Assembly (NCBI GenBank): GCA_009103225.1
Contig: RHPI01000003.1
Coordinates: forward strand, 548,566-612,565
Direction: 5' to 3'
Origin: Chlorokybus atmophyticus
Taxonomy: Eukaryota; Plantae; Mesostigma and Chlorokybus algae
Length of the DNA stretch: 64,000 nt
Shown here: in pieces, positions 38,325 through 52,183 of the stretch
Layout of the letters: each line of letters opens with the position of its first letter
Numbering within the stretch: position 1 is the stretch's first letter
Notes under the pieces: generated by a model
What the model was told of the DNA's origin: nothing
What the model saw: the letters and a program-made list of their open reading frames with translations, nothing else
Database searches by the model: none
Translations under genes and position numbers: made by a program

Positions 38325-41300
38325 ATGGCGACCTTTTCGCTAAAGGTGAGTGGGATATGAATGATCGGTGCCGCTTTGTAGCGCAACTAGCCATGTGCGT
38401 GTTTCTGCCACTGAAAGTGAAGGCGATGATAAGCTTACTCTTGTACGGACTGTTGGTTGCTAGTAGACTAGTTTGGTTACCAGTTGGACGTTTGCTTTGG
38501 TCATGTGTTGAGTGTTGCATGCGTTCCAATCCAGCTATTACCCATGCAGCTTGACTTCAATGGCGACGTGCGCAAGCGCACAGTTCCACTCGACTTGCAG
38601 TTTGACGCGCTGCAAGCCACTGTCCGTGACATGTATGGCTTCTCTGCCGGAGATGTGTTTCAGTTCAAGTACACCGACGACGACAACGACATCGTCACCC
38701 TTGCCAACCATGACGACCTTTGCGAGGCTCTTGCCAATCTGAAGCGCGATGGCAATTCTGTCCGCAGCCTGCGTCTGTCAGTTGTCAAGGTTCGTATTCT
38801 ACCCTTGTTCTTAGTGTCGCTGCAAGAAAGGTTGTAAGTCCTCATGTTTATGCTGTCGTTGCAGGTGGGTGGTGCTCCTGCCACTGCTGCTCCGCCGCCG
38901 TTCGCAGGCAAGCCAGCCGCTGCAGCAGCGCAGCCAGCCAAGGCACCTGGTGCCAGCTCCTCTGCTCCAAAGGGGTTGGCTAAGGTCATTGAGTTGATCA
39001 AGCAGGTCGCCAAGGAGGTGAATGTCGACGTTGATGACGTCCTGCAGGTACTGTTGAGTGCTTCAGTGCAGAGTCTTGCTTATCTAGAACCTGAAAATGC
39101 CTTGTGCTATGGGCTTACACGCTCTGCTTGTAGGTGTACCAAGAGCAAGGCGCGTATGCTGCAGCTCAGAAGTTGCAGGCAACTGTGCTTCGTGCACAGC
39201 TGACACCGCTCCAGCTTGCTGGCATGTATTACAAGATCATCTCCAACATCCGCCCTGATGAGATGCGCAACATTATGGCGGACTTTGAGGGTGGGTTGCC
39301 GAATATGTTTGAGACGTTTGGCATCCCGAAGCCATCTGCCTTTGCTGCTGGTACGAACTTGGCTGCCTGCTTTTATGCCTGCTGGTTGTACGTAGATTGG
39401 AGATGTTAAGATGCTTGCTGCTATCTTTTATCTGCGCAGGTTCCAGCAAGCAAGCGGAGGAGGCATTTGTTCCTCCAACCGCACCTGCTGCACCTGATGA
39501 CAGCAGCAAGCCTGAGGATGGAGCGCCAGTGTACCACCACAACGTTGTGTGTGATGGTTGCAACCAGAGTCCCCTTGAGGGTTCTCGTTACAAGAGTCTT
39601 GAGAAAGAGGACTATGACCTTTGCCAGGTGAGAGCAGTGCTCGCTGTACCGCATTGTACAGCTGCGTTGCAGTTGCCTGTGAATCTTTAGCTGCAGCTTA
39701 TTATCATTACCTAACCCAAGTGTGTACCTGCCACAGTTATGCTATGACAAGGAGGACCGCAAGGAGGAGTATGTGTGCATTGTCCGCCCTGGTGATCGTG
39801 CGTGGCTGAATGCCATGCGTAATCGCCATGGCCGATGCGGCGGATGGGGTCGTGGTGGCCGCCACCCTTTCATGCCATACCCGGCACCAAATGCAAATGG
39901 CGTTTTTCAACATCCCTGGGGTAGGGTGCCCCACCATGCAGGTCCTTGGGGGCCGCACCATGGAGGCCGTTGGGGTGGTCGCCATGGCCCCTGCGGTTTT
40001 GGTGCAGGCAAGCCTGACGCCCGCTTTGTGTCGGACATCACCATCTTCGATGGCACTGAAGTGCTGCCCGGACAGAAGTTCACAAAGATCTGGAAGATCA
40101 AGAACAGCGGCAACTGCCCCTGGCCACCTAGCACCCACCTTGTGCATGTTGGTGGTGACATCATGTCCGTGGAGAGCGTCCCGGTGCCAGTCCCAGAGGG
40201 AGGCTTGCTCCCCGATCAGGACCTTGATGTGTCTGTTGACATGGTGGCACCTAGCGAGCCTGGGCGCTACGTCTCGCACTGGCGCTTGGCCTGGACAAAC
40301 AATGGTCCCAAGTTTGGCCATCGTTTGTGGGCCCTCATTCAGGTAAGGTGCTGACAACTGTTGTGGTTGCTGCTTTGTGTTAACTGTGCCGGAGTACTCA
40401 AGCCATGTACCTGGTGCTTCAGGTTGTGCCATCAGAGGAGGCTGTGAAGACAGCCGACGCCTCTCCTGCAACTGTTGTGGGAGAGTGTGCTGTGGGCATG
40501 GATATTGCAGCAGATGTTGTCATGCAGGACGCATCTGCAGTGCAGATGACCGTGGCTATGACTGCCCTTGAGCCTTCTACAGTTGTAGAAGAGTTAGTGC
40601 AAGTGCCTGTGGAACTAGTTGCCACAGGGCCTTCCGCGGTTGTTGTGGAAGGTGTCAGCTCCAAGGATGCTGTTGCGGATCAGAGTAGTCCGCAGCCCGC
40701 TGTGGTGAACTCACAGCCGGTAGTGCAGCAGTTTGTGCAAGAGGTGAGTGCTTATGCTTTTGTACTACTTTGGCATACACTGCTGGAGGCTAGATCTTCG
40801 CTTGTTGTGCGCAACTGACTAGTGCATATCTGTCTAGCAGGATATGCTTGAGAATGTCGACCAGCTGCAGCAGCGTGTGGCTGTCATTGACATTGCAAGC
40901 GTGCCAGCTCTGCCATCAGCCCAAGCCCTTGCGGAAAGTGGGGTCGTCGTGCCTGATGTGAAAGAGGAAGACAAGTGGGTTAAGATTACTCCAAACACCC
41001 AGCAGGACGAGATGCCTGCACAGGTACTTACTCGATCAGCACACACGCAGTGCACATGTTCTGATGTGATTACAAGGTTAACTAGGGATTGATTGTGTTG
41101 TTGGCTGTCATTCAGGAGGACAACGTGGCAGACTACTCCTACACCAAGCAGCTACAACAGCTGGCGGACATGGGGTTTACTGACATGAACCTCATCCGTG
41201 AAGTTCTGAACGCCACAGAAGGTGATCTTGATACAAGTGTCGCTCGCCTGGTGGCAGCCACCGGCTGGGACGCTCAGCTTCGTGAGCTCAACGACATGGT

Positions 41301-41525
41301 AAGTTCCAGATATTGCTGCCGCTTGCAATGTCAATACACAATTAGCAGGAGGATAATTGGTACACGATGTCACAACTTATATGTGTGCCCTATGCGCAGG
41401 GCTTCTTTGACAAGGAGCTGAACATGCGCTTGATGGTGAAGAACAATGGCAGCATTGCTCGCACTGTCAAAGAGCTTGTGGAGCTGAGCATGTTCAATGC
41501 CGGGAGTGTCATGGTACTTGACTGA
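38325..41525 (+). CDS. NBR1: Selective autophagy receptor NBR1 (PB1-ZZ-FW-UBA-UBA), multi-exon
   Basis: PB1 MATFSLK/LDFNGDVRK...FKYTDDDNDIVTL, ZZ HHNVVCDGC...RYKSLEKEDYDLC, FW DARFVSDITIFDG...FTKIWKIKNSG...FGHRLW, and two UBA domains (LADMGFTD, LNDMGFFD). Confidence 0.96.
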
Positions 41526-42970
41526 AGACTCTCACCTTGGTGAAGAGATTCAGTTCTCTGCAGTACCAAGCGTGCTATCGGGCAGAGCCCAGTGCCAATG
41601 TCATTTTCTGTGGTAGTTAGGTAGTTTCGTGGTGCAGTGGGTGTTTAGCAGAATAAGCAATCGAGTTGTTGCAGCCGAACCTGGTGTAGGTTTTGGCAAG
41701 AAACAGACTTGTCTTTTGTTTTACGTTACTGCTTGTGTCACCACAATGTAGTATCCTGGATGTTTGTTGTGCGGCAGTACATACTCTACGTTGTTGCCCT
41801 GTTTTCTCAAGTTCATACCTCACACATATACAACAGCATGCACTCAATACTTTTCGTGCATCAATTTTCACCTCAAACAGCACCTTGTGGTGGAATAACC
41901 TAGACACCTTTTCAACTACGTTGACAATGGTTGTGGTCATGGCTACTCTAGCAAACATACAACTAAAGTAAGCAAGTGTTCCCAGTCACATCAGCAGAAC
42001 ATATCATGCATGTTTGCTCTGCAAAACATCAGGTAATCGTCATGTACACACATGTAATTTTATTTCATGAACATATTGACTAATAACATGTTGCAAGAAG
42101 AAGCATATAAACAACCACACTAAGGGGTTGGTTTAATGTGCAAGCAATGGTGAGGTCAACAGAGTAGGCAGCGAACAGCTGCAGGTATAGTAGGAGGGGC
42201 TGTACATGCAGGGGTAGTGTTGATTGCGAGTGTACATACCAGACTCTAGCAGCATGCAACAACCTCACATGATTTCTAGCTCCGATTAACCGTGTTGTAA
42301 ATGTGAAGAGTGTGCTGTGAAAATTGTATTTTTCCGCAAACTGAAGATTGCTACGCTATGCATTGCCTTTGCCGGAATCTAGGGTGAGTAACTAATTAGG
42401 TCAACATGTTCAATGATATAATGTAAGAGTCCCGACGCTACGCGTGTATCATTGCCTTTGCCGGACTCCAGGCAGAGCAACCGGTTGGATACACATGCAC
42501 AATCATATGCTGCTTATTGTTGGTCAACAGTTGCAAGACATTGCTCTCTGGCATTTACTTGCACACTAACACATGCACGTGCTTGCTCCCCTGCCCCCTT
42601 GTCTCTCTCTCATGCACGCTCTTCTCCCTTTTGCTACTCACTCTCCCACACTTCCCATCTCGCTAATACTCATCATCATCATCGCTGTACTACCGAAAGC
42701 GTTCACAAAGCTGCATAATGTCCTGCCCTTGCCTATACACACAAGCATGCAACCAAACTGCAACTCTGCTTCCGGAACAAAGCATATACTACCACAGTTA
42801 CTAGCAATTATGGCAATAACTTACACAGCGGAATATGTAAATACCCCTTACGCACGCTCACTTTTCCCCTTCTCCTCTGCTTCTTCCCCTCCCACACTTC
42901 CGGTCTCGCTGTTACAAGAGTCTATGAGAACAACACACAGCGGACTATGTGGGTACACAAAATAGTCAAA

Positions 42971-43140
42971 ACTGAACATGGTTCTTCTCCCCGCTCAGCA
43001 GTTGTGCAGATGTGGGTATGATGGTACACACCACCATACCGCAGTACTTATAGAAGTGGACAAACTGAGCAACGCTGTCGACTTGGTATGCAAGCGGCAG
43101 TACTTGATAAGTTTGCAAGGGGAGAAGAACCATGTTCAGT
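42971..43140. repeat. 22-bp perfect inverted repeat enclosing 126 nt
   Basis: ACTGAACATGGTTCTTCTCCCC at 42971-42992 and its exact reverse complement at 43119-43140. Confidence 0.9.
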
Positions 43141-43483
43141 AAGCATCTTAGTATTGGTGGCATTGTGTGTGGCACAGGCAAGGAGTATGGCACGACCATG
43201 GACACCGTGTCAACAAGCGAGCGAGATAACGCACAAATTAGTTGTTATACATAGGCAAGGCACAGCAATGGCAAAGCAAGTCGTGTGCAAGGCCTCACAG
43301 CAGCACACTCAGCAAGGCAGGAATTGCAGAAGGTAGCAACAGCGCCACACCTGACGCAACACGCCACATGGCATGGTAGGAGGGAGGGGCTAGGGGTGGG
43401 TGTGTGGGGGAGGGGGTTGGTTGGAAACATGCATGTGTAAGAGCACACAGTATACTAGTGCTTGACGTTGATATTGTTAATGA

Positions 43484-43515
<32 letters not shown>

Positions 43516-44132
43516 CATGTGCTTGCATATGCAATGGGCATGCTCGTCATCCTCTACTATACTGCCTGCACACCAATTATGAATCTTTTAGGACAACGAC
43601 ACCTACTAGCAGCCACACCTGCATAGAAGATGCGACCAGGGATATAGCGGTCAGCTAACAATATATGAACTCCCCTTCACAAGTGTCTAGCTCTCTTGTG
43701 AAGCTGTCATGCGCATGTCCTATCTTGCATAACAGACAGCACCTAACTGTGCACTTAGCTGAACTGGAATCATAGCAATGCCACAAGATGCACAAAGCTG
43801 ACAGCAAGCATACCAGCAGCAATGCAGTTAGATCACATCAACATGGAGTAGTTACAAAACACCATCAGCAAAGAAAGCTACAGTGAGGGGAAAGGGAGCA
43901 AGCCTAGCAGCAGTCAAATCTGCCAAAACTGAAATCACTCTTCCGTAGGACACACTAACACCCATCAACCCTAATTCTCACAAAACTCAGGGGGCTGTCG
44001 TCACAGATACATTGACTTCCTCTTGTCGGAAGGAGTTCATAAATACACACGGTGTCACCCAACAGCGCGCTTCTTCCTTTAGTGCAGTGTTATTACTGGT
44101 CTGGTTGGGGACTGGCGTGTTTCATCCAACCT

Positions 44133-47100
44133 CTAGAATACGCGCACCACCTGCATTGACTGCATGTGCTGGCGCGGCGCTTCTCTCCAGCCATCACTGT
44201 TGGGCCTCTTACTGTTCACGCGTACGCCTGCATCGTCATGCGACTTGGACACCTGCAAAAGAACCCGTCATCAGCCACACCACCCCTGAACACCCCACAA
44301 CGACAGCGCACACTCACAAGGCCAACTGACAAATACGTACCCTTCGGCGTCGCTTGGTAACCAGTGTGAAGCCGTCACTTGACGCCTCTTCACTTTTTTC
44401 AGTCTGCATTTGCGTATCTTGGGTTCTGGCACTGTTGCCATTGCTCACAACCGGAGTCTTTTGTTCTGGCAGAGCAGCCGCAGATGTAGTTGCTGGCTTC
44501 GCCGCCACCAAACGTAGCTGATTGCTCTCCCAAGCATTGGGCTGAGTGACAACCATGGGTGCAGCCTGTCCGCTTGGGATTGTTGACTCAGCAGCTGCTA
44601 CCTCTTCTGGAGTGCTTTCTGGGGTTGTGACATTCATGGGAGAAGAAGTTGTAGATGACTGGACAGCAGACACTCCATCGTCCACTTCAGCCTCAGGTGG
44701 AGGTGCAGAGGGAGCTGTTGTTGTTACGTCGGATGCGCGTTGCTGTGGTACTTGTGACGAGACAGGTTCACTTGTTGTTGTTGGCATCTCAGAAGTGGCA
44801 ACAACGGGCTTCCAGTACCGTCCCGGCACAAATTCAGCAGCGTTGGGGTTCATTCGCACGGGTGAGGTTGAGCCACCGGGAGGAGGAGTCATCGACTCTT
44901 TCCTCCCAAACATGATGCGGGCAGGTACAAACTCAGGTGCCATGATGTTGAACTTGTTGGGCGAGATGGGCGTGGGTGGCATTGCAGGAGGCGTGACGGG
45001 AGAGGCTGGTGGAGACGAGTCTATGGGGCTGCTGGCTACATGATCAGCCAGGTCCTCTCGCTCTGCAACCGAACTGTGCTGCGCATCAGATGCCTCAGAT
45101 GCGTTTGTACCATCATCAGACATCAGGGATTCGGGCAGATTGGCTGCAACAGGGGTATTCGCCACCATCTGGTCTGTTTCATCAATTTCAACAAATGCGA
45201 CAACTTCAACAGGTGCTGACTCAGGCTGCCTTTGGTCACTGTCCAATACCACGGCATCAGTGCTTGCAGGCTCTTTTGCAGCTTCAAGTTCATCTGATGT
45301 CACAGCTTCAAGCTCAGTTGATGATTCATTCTGTTGCTGGTCAGGTGCAGAGGCCGCAGCGCTTGAGGGTCGAGGCGGCAATGGTTGGAACACCAACGCG
45401 GAGGGTGCGGCCGCTGATGCCGGCCGAGGCGGGAGGGAAGACGGGTGGAGGGCCGATGCAACATCCTTCCAAGACTTGCTTGTCACGAGCCCCTTAGCGG
45501 GAGCAGGCGGCAAGGGCATGGTCACGGGTGGAGTAACAGACACTTGAATTATGTTGTTGGCTGAAGTGGTCTCGGAATCTGGGGCAGAGGCAGGCAGCGC
45601 ACGTGGCTTCGATCTGCTGGTGCTGGTTGCGTGTGCTGCATGTTTGTGTGATGATGACGTCTGTATGTGGACTGTCAAACCGTGTCGGTTGCCACTGCGC
45701 ATGTCTCGTCGCTGTGGTCTGTGCACGACAACGCGCGGCTGCCTTTGCCGGCGCCGCAAGCCTGAGATGGCCTGCCATTCGCCCTCCTCCACATCAGCAG
45801 TGTTGTTATTGTTGTTGTTGTCAATGCTCCCGTTGACGTTGGCAACTTCCATTGGCTGCAGCTGAGTCTGCTTGCCGACGGTTGGTGATTGCGTCATTGC
45901 CACTACCTCATCCAACACTTCACTGCCATTGGAGCGGGCATACGTGCTGCAAACGAGACGGAATGTGAGACTGACAACACACATTGCAACGCGAGTGCAG
46001 ACAAGTCCAAAGAACAACAACACTGCACTAACCTTGAAGAATCAGCGCTGGTGATGCTCATGGCAACCACACTGTTGGCCGGGCTGCTATCAGCGACAAC
46101 GGGTGCACTGATAGCTTTTGGAGATTTTGCCTGCACAGTGGGTTGACACACACGTGAGCCACATTGACAACAGCGATACGTATTATACAACACATCTTTG
46201 CAGTTCACACCTTATTGCGACGCCGCTTGGGGGACTCCAGCGTGTCAATCAGTACAGTGGCCTCGTCTCCCTTGATGAACTTGAGCAGATCATCCACGCT
46301 CAAGTGCCCGCGGATGGCAATATTGGGGTCGGGTCTTGGGGCACCTGTGCGAGCAGCTTCGGCTTGCTCCAATGCCTTAGACTCAAAGTACTCCAACCAC
46401 GCTGCTGCATCCTGGACGTGACAACAACAAGTCAGGCATAACAGGTTGAGTGTGTGCATGCGTAGAGTGTGCATGCGCGGGTTTGTTACTACGTGTCCAT
46501 ACAGTCACAGACCTGAGTGCGCAGATCATCGAGTCCGAGCTTTGCCTGCAGGATGTTCAATGTGGTTTGCTCATGCTGAACACTTAAGCTGTAAGCGTCC
46601 ATCAAGCTCAGCGCAATGGCAATCGCATGGTAGGAAGCAGCTGTTTGGATGTGGTCTGGGCCTGCATGGCCAAGTGTAAGACCTTGCATCCATCAAGTGA
46701 CTAGCAAATACGCCATCGATGCATATTATACACACCTAGCAAACGCTGGTTGCACTTAAGGGCCTCGTGCAGGTAACGCAGGGCCAGGTGAACATGGCCA
46801 AGTCCTTCCTCCATCATGGCAACGTTTATGTACGTGGCGGCGGTGTTGGGGTGCGCAGGGCCGCAAGTGAGGTGCAGAAGGTACAGCGCTCGCTGAACAT
46901 ACCTGATGAGGTGTGCCTTCAGCAACGAACACACGACTACCATGAACCCAACTCTTTCACACTTACTGTAGTGCAAGGGCGGTGTGATGCAAGCGGTAGT
47001 AGAACACCGCGAGGTCACCATAGGACTTGATAGTATCCGGGTGGTCAAGACCAATCTCCCTCTCGCAGATGTCCAAGGCTCGCCCCTGTATGACAGCCGC

Positions 47101-50100
47101 CTGTGCACGCCCGTGTGTGTTCTTACATGTGTGTGTGTCTGCAACTACAACACAGTACACATGCTTGCGCGAAGAGTGATACTCACTTGTGAGAAATCTC
47201 CAGTGTGGTAGAGAACAACAGCCAGCAGTGAGTAAGCTCCCGCAGCAACTCGGTGATGCCGTCCCACAACTCCAATCAGTTGCGCAAGGGCCTGCAACAG
47301 GTTAGACAAAATAAGTCTACAAGTTTGCTTCCTTTGTATGCACAGCAAAGCTGGATACATCATGCGCTCACCCGCGTTGCATGATGCACGGCGTCGTCCA
47401 ACTTGCCCTTGTCCAGGGCAGCCTTGGCCTGCTCCAGCCACACACGACCATCATGGCTGGTGTAAGCAACATAGCTGAACACCGGGTAGCAGCTAATAAT
47501 GTCGCGTGGCGAGAACGGGTGCGCAGACTTAAAGTCGTAGTTGCTAGGGGCAACCTCAATGCCAACCTGCAATTATGCTATAAGCGTTAGGCATGCCTGT
47601 TATTGCTTGGTTAACACACGACAAACTGTTGATATGTTAAACTTGCCTTCTGGCATATGCTGCGGATGGCTGCAAGCTTGCGAATTCTAGAGCGTGTTGT
47701 TGATGGCAGCTCATAGTCGTAATGGTGCTTGACTAAAGCAAATATTGTGGACCAGATCTTATCACCCAGCGGGTTGCTATTGCTGCCGAATGCTGCATTG
47801 AGCGCTATTGCAATAACCGAAGCTTTGAGCTGAGCAGGTGCAGCTGCACAACATACTACTGTGTCAACTGCATCAACAGCACAACAACTTGATGCATCAA
47901 TGCTGAGCAGTAGAGCAAGTGTTGTGTAGGTAAGTAAGTAAGCTAGTGGCTTAATATGCACGCCAGATGAGCCCACTCACCGGCCAGTGCTGCGCGCAGG
48001 ACATGCTTGATGCTGCGGGTAATCATCTCGTTCACCGCAAGTACTCGCACATGTACCATGTGGTTCGCCTGGCGTGCCTGGTAACCAAAACCCACATTGG
48101 TTGACAAAACTTCTAGTAGCCATTGCATTTCCCGCAGATCTGTGGACGTGCATCGACACAACACTTCGCACATGCTTACCAGTGCAGCTAGCGAGCACAT
48201 GTGTAGACCGCGAGCATGCATGAAGTCGCTGAGAGTGCGACCATCAACGGGACTGAGCTCCAACGAGCCCAACTCAGCAACAAACTTGCTCACAGCAGTC
48301 TCGTCATAGTACTTTTGTGCTGCCTCAACCAGCTCTGATACACTCTGCAAAGGAGGAACACTTCACAAAGCTTGCACACATTGCTTCGCTAAGCTGTTGC
48401 CACAACGCATCTTACTTGCTGGTGCAGGTCCGCTGCCTTCAACTTTGCCAGCTGCTCAGGAGTGAGCAACTGCAATAACTCTGCATGCGCTTGTTGTTCT
48501 TGTGGAGTGCTGCTCTCCTCTGTGTCCATGCTTGTTGGCTGGGTATCAGCTTCATGCTTCTCCTTAGCAGCAGTCAAGTGTTGCATCCAGTTCTGAGCCA
48601 GCTCCCACCTCAAACGCAGCTGCACATTGGCTTGATTCTGCCATAGACTGATTGTTATAGAAGCAGGCCGTGCAATTAATACTACCAACACGAAGGTCTG
48701 TATAGTTCAGAATAGCTTGCAAGCACAAACCTCCACTGTTGCAGCATTAAAGGTGTCCAGCAATCTAGCAACAATGATCTCCGCCTCGGCCAAGCCAATG
48801 TGTGCAGAGTGGTTGCTGCTAGTAACGGAAGAGTCTTCTGCAGGTGCAGGGCTCTCTGCCGCATGCAGCAAAATTCGCAAGCTGCACGCACAACAAAACG
48901 TTAAGGCTGCGCATTACTCCACCAATGTGACTTGCCAACTGTAAGTGCAGTCCAATCTTGCAGCGTGTGATGCAAAATCCATGCACGCTGTGGCAAGTGC
49001 AGCGCCCATTCGATTCCGCCAGCCAGTCATCCGCATGGCAATACCTGTTGGCATTAAGTGCGCCCGCTCCATGGTTGCGTGCAGCTGGCTCGTCCTGCTC
49101 TGGCCGCAGGGCCACATGTGGGGGCTTAACTTCCAGCGCATTGATCTTCACGACATATCCATGATGGTGCACTGTCACTTGGCAGAGCGCTTCCGTGTCC
49201 TGCATGTATCAGTTAGTGATGTCAGGCCAGTACTGTAGGCAAAACGCTTGGACTAGTGGATGCATAACGCATCAATGCAAACAGACCTGCACTTGGGTGT
49301 GCTCGTCCGCAGTGAGTCCCTTCAACACATTGCCTGCCAAGGGAGCCGCAGACCCTCCCACAGGCGGAGTTGAAGGCTCCCTGGCCACGGTGAGGCGCAT
49401 GCCATGCGTAGTCAGTTCAGATTCATCAGCAGATTGCGCGCGCTCCACTTCATCGATTAAAGCACAGGCCCGTCGCAGCGCGGTCTCCACAAAAGCGCTG
49501 CACGCAAGTTAGTCAACACCAGTATGTACACATGCAACCACGGACTGCCCAACCTATGCTTACAAAGCGTCTCAACCATATACCTGTGCACGAGAAAGAG
49601 GCGTCTGTCGCGGATCAGGCGCTCTTCCGGGGTGGCTCCTGGCATGGAAGCTATGAGCTCCAGCTCTGCCCTCCAGAACCGATCCTGCTCTACTCCAAGC
49701 GCATCAGAATTGCGTCCGCTGAAACAACCACCTCCGCCATCACCTCCCATTTCCATGTCTTCTAAAGGCAATGGCTGAGGGGAGCCTGCAATCATGGACA
49801 CACACATTATCTTTACATGATCTTATGCAAGCACGCAGGCGCAAAAAGTTGCTGCTGCTTGGCAACCAAACACTTGCACGTCACTCCTTACCAGGGGTGT
49901 CAGCAAAGGAGGGGGGTACAACCCAGGTGTTAGCTCTCAAGCCCACAGGAATATTGCCAAAGCGATTGCGATCCAGAAAAGCCTTCATGACTGTTGCGAG
50001 CAACCATACTTGTCAGTTGGCTTTCGTGTGTCCAGCAACAATTGTTACATGCTTGAAGGGATGAGAGTACCTGCAGTGTATGCTTTAGCAAATGGCCTGC

Positions 50101-52183
50101 TCTGCGTCTTCAGAAGAGCAACCAAAGTATGCTCCGTGATGGCTGGTTTACCAGACACAAAGAAACCCTGCACATGACAGTGGTTTCGACTTCTAGTTGA
50201 AACAAGCATGAATCGCTACAGTATGTGCTGGCAAAAGTCAAACGTGTAATTTGAATCAAACCGCAAACCTCGCTGCAAGCAGACACTGGAATCAGCTTGC
50301 CATCGCACAGTACAATGTCGAGGTGCAGAAAGTCCGTATCGGAAGCCTTGAGTTTTAGAGAGCGCTGCAGTGACTGGATTGGTCGGTCAGCGTTGATAGC
50401 AAAGGACCGATAGAAGTCTCCCAGCTGCGATGGCACGACAGTTATGCAACCCTCTCCCTCTTCGTCACTGCGCTCAATCGCTGACTGTGCATTATCCGGC
50501 CTCAATGCATCCTCTGCCTGTTTCAGCACAGCCGCCTTTGCCTTGTCCGACCCCTCCTTCTCACTCCGTCCAGAAGTAGATGTCTCAGCTGTACCAACAG
50601 AGTATGTCACACTCACACACAGGCATACTCAACACGCACATGCATACACACCCACAAACAAGAGGCCAGGAATGGACAGCTGTACCAACCGAGCGTGTGT
50701 CACACTTACACACATAGGCATGTACAACACGCATGCATATGCACATCCACACACACGAACACCAGCGCACTCATATGAACCGGACACATGCATGCGTGCA
50801 AGCTCACATCGCACACCCACTTGAGGCTACAGCTGCTTGGCTTACACGAACCTTCTAATACAGGCACTTGCTGACTGCCAGCGCTGGAGTTGGCAGGCTG
50901 GCTGGTGCTTGCAAACGGAACGGCTTCTGCCGCCTTCCCAAAGCAGCTGAGACCGGATAGAATGTCAAGCAGGCGCCTGACATTCTCCAATGCAGAAGCG
51001 GCTGTGTACTCCTCTGCGACACACAACTGTTAATCTTGCGACCAGCTAACAACCCAATGCACGCTTGGAGGGGGGTGGCTGGTTCAACTGACCTTCTTCC
51101 AACTCCAACAGGTATGGCTTCAAGGTGGCAATCTCATAGTCATCACTCAACACACCGCGCACCTATCATGCATCAGGTTCACAAACAATGTTTGACTGAA
51201 AGTCAGCGCACAAACCAGCCCTAACCGAATCGTACCTCATGCCTCAATGAGTAATTGGTCTGGTGGCATGTGTCCACATGTACAGACAGCATGCGCCTTA
51301 CGTCAGCTACGGTATCCGTTGAGATGCCCTGTAGCGCAAGCATGCAGTTGTTGTTGATTGTTTGGAATCAGCCACCCAAAGCAGCAAGGCGTTACAATAC
51401 AACTGCCAATCCATTGTTGGCAAGAGAGTTGTTGAGTGTCACTGTCTGAACTTGTGCTCGTCAATCAATGGAACTGTTTCCAACGTGCTTCATAGCCTCC
51501 GTTCAGTGAAAGTGTCAAGTGTACGACTTTCCCCATACTCACCTTAAGCTCAATGATGTGTCCGCTGGGTAAGCGCACGTGGCACTCAAGAATGGAAGGT
51601 GCTCCAGCTGCACATGCCGGCTTGGTCAGTCTCATACTGCCACTGTACCTCCGACAACTGCTGGAGTACAGCTAACATACTGTCTGTCTTGTCAATTTTG
51701 CAGAGACACTCTACTGCTAAATCTTGAAAACCAGTGTCTGCTAACCAAGCACGCTGAAAGCACATTGTCAATAGTAAGGCCGAAGCTTGAACTTAAAGAC
51801 TTAAATAAGACTTAAATAAGCTGCCTCAGTCAATGCTGATGAAGATGTGCTTATGCGGATGCTGAATGCGCATATAGCTGGTGACCGGTCACTGTCACAT
51901 CCGCATGACAGCATAAAACAATATGACGGTAATGCTTCCACATGCGAACTAGGCTTCGCATGTTGCTGAAGCACAAGCTAGCAACACAACCACTCACAGT
52001 GCAGCTTCGTTGTGCGTTAACTGTTCAGCTGGCAGCTCTACCTATGCACACTACAGATAGCAACATGCTGCTGGCATGAACAGGGGGTGAGCTGGCTGCA
52101 AGCAGCTTACCTTTTTCATCCTTCTTGTCCTTCTTGACCTTCTGTTTGTTACCACCTTTGCCTTTGGTTGCACGACCCGGCAT
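44133..52183 (-). CDS. REC: CLU/TIF31 family TPR protein, REC (reduced chloroplast coverage)-like, multi-exon; 3' end tentative
   Basis: Lys-rich start [134 protein letters not shown], and a long Ser/Pro/Thr-rich tail. The N-terminus and tail resemble the REC rather than the FMT subgroup. Confidence 0.9.

Noticed and set aside
16774-41525. Functional cluster idea (APEM9 + VPS18 + NBR1 as a pexophagy/vacuole module)
   Set aside because: The genes are interleaved with unrelated NMD, cilium and Fe-S genes; there is no evidence beyond adjacency.
42400-43700. Cys-rich minus-strand ORF (CVRCGAVATFCNSCLAEC) as a zinc finger
   Set aside because: No start or exon context and the surrounding DNA is low complexity; Cys richness follows from TG-rich composition.
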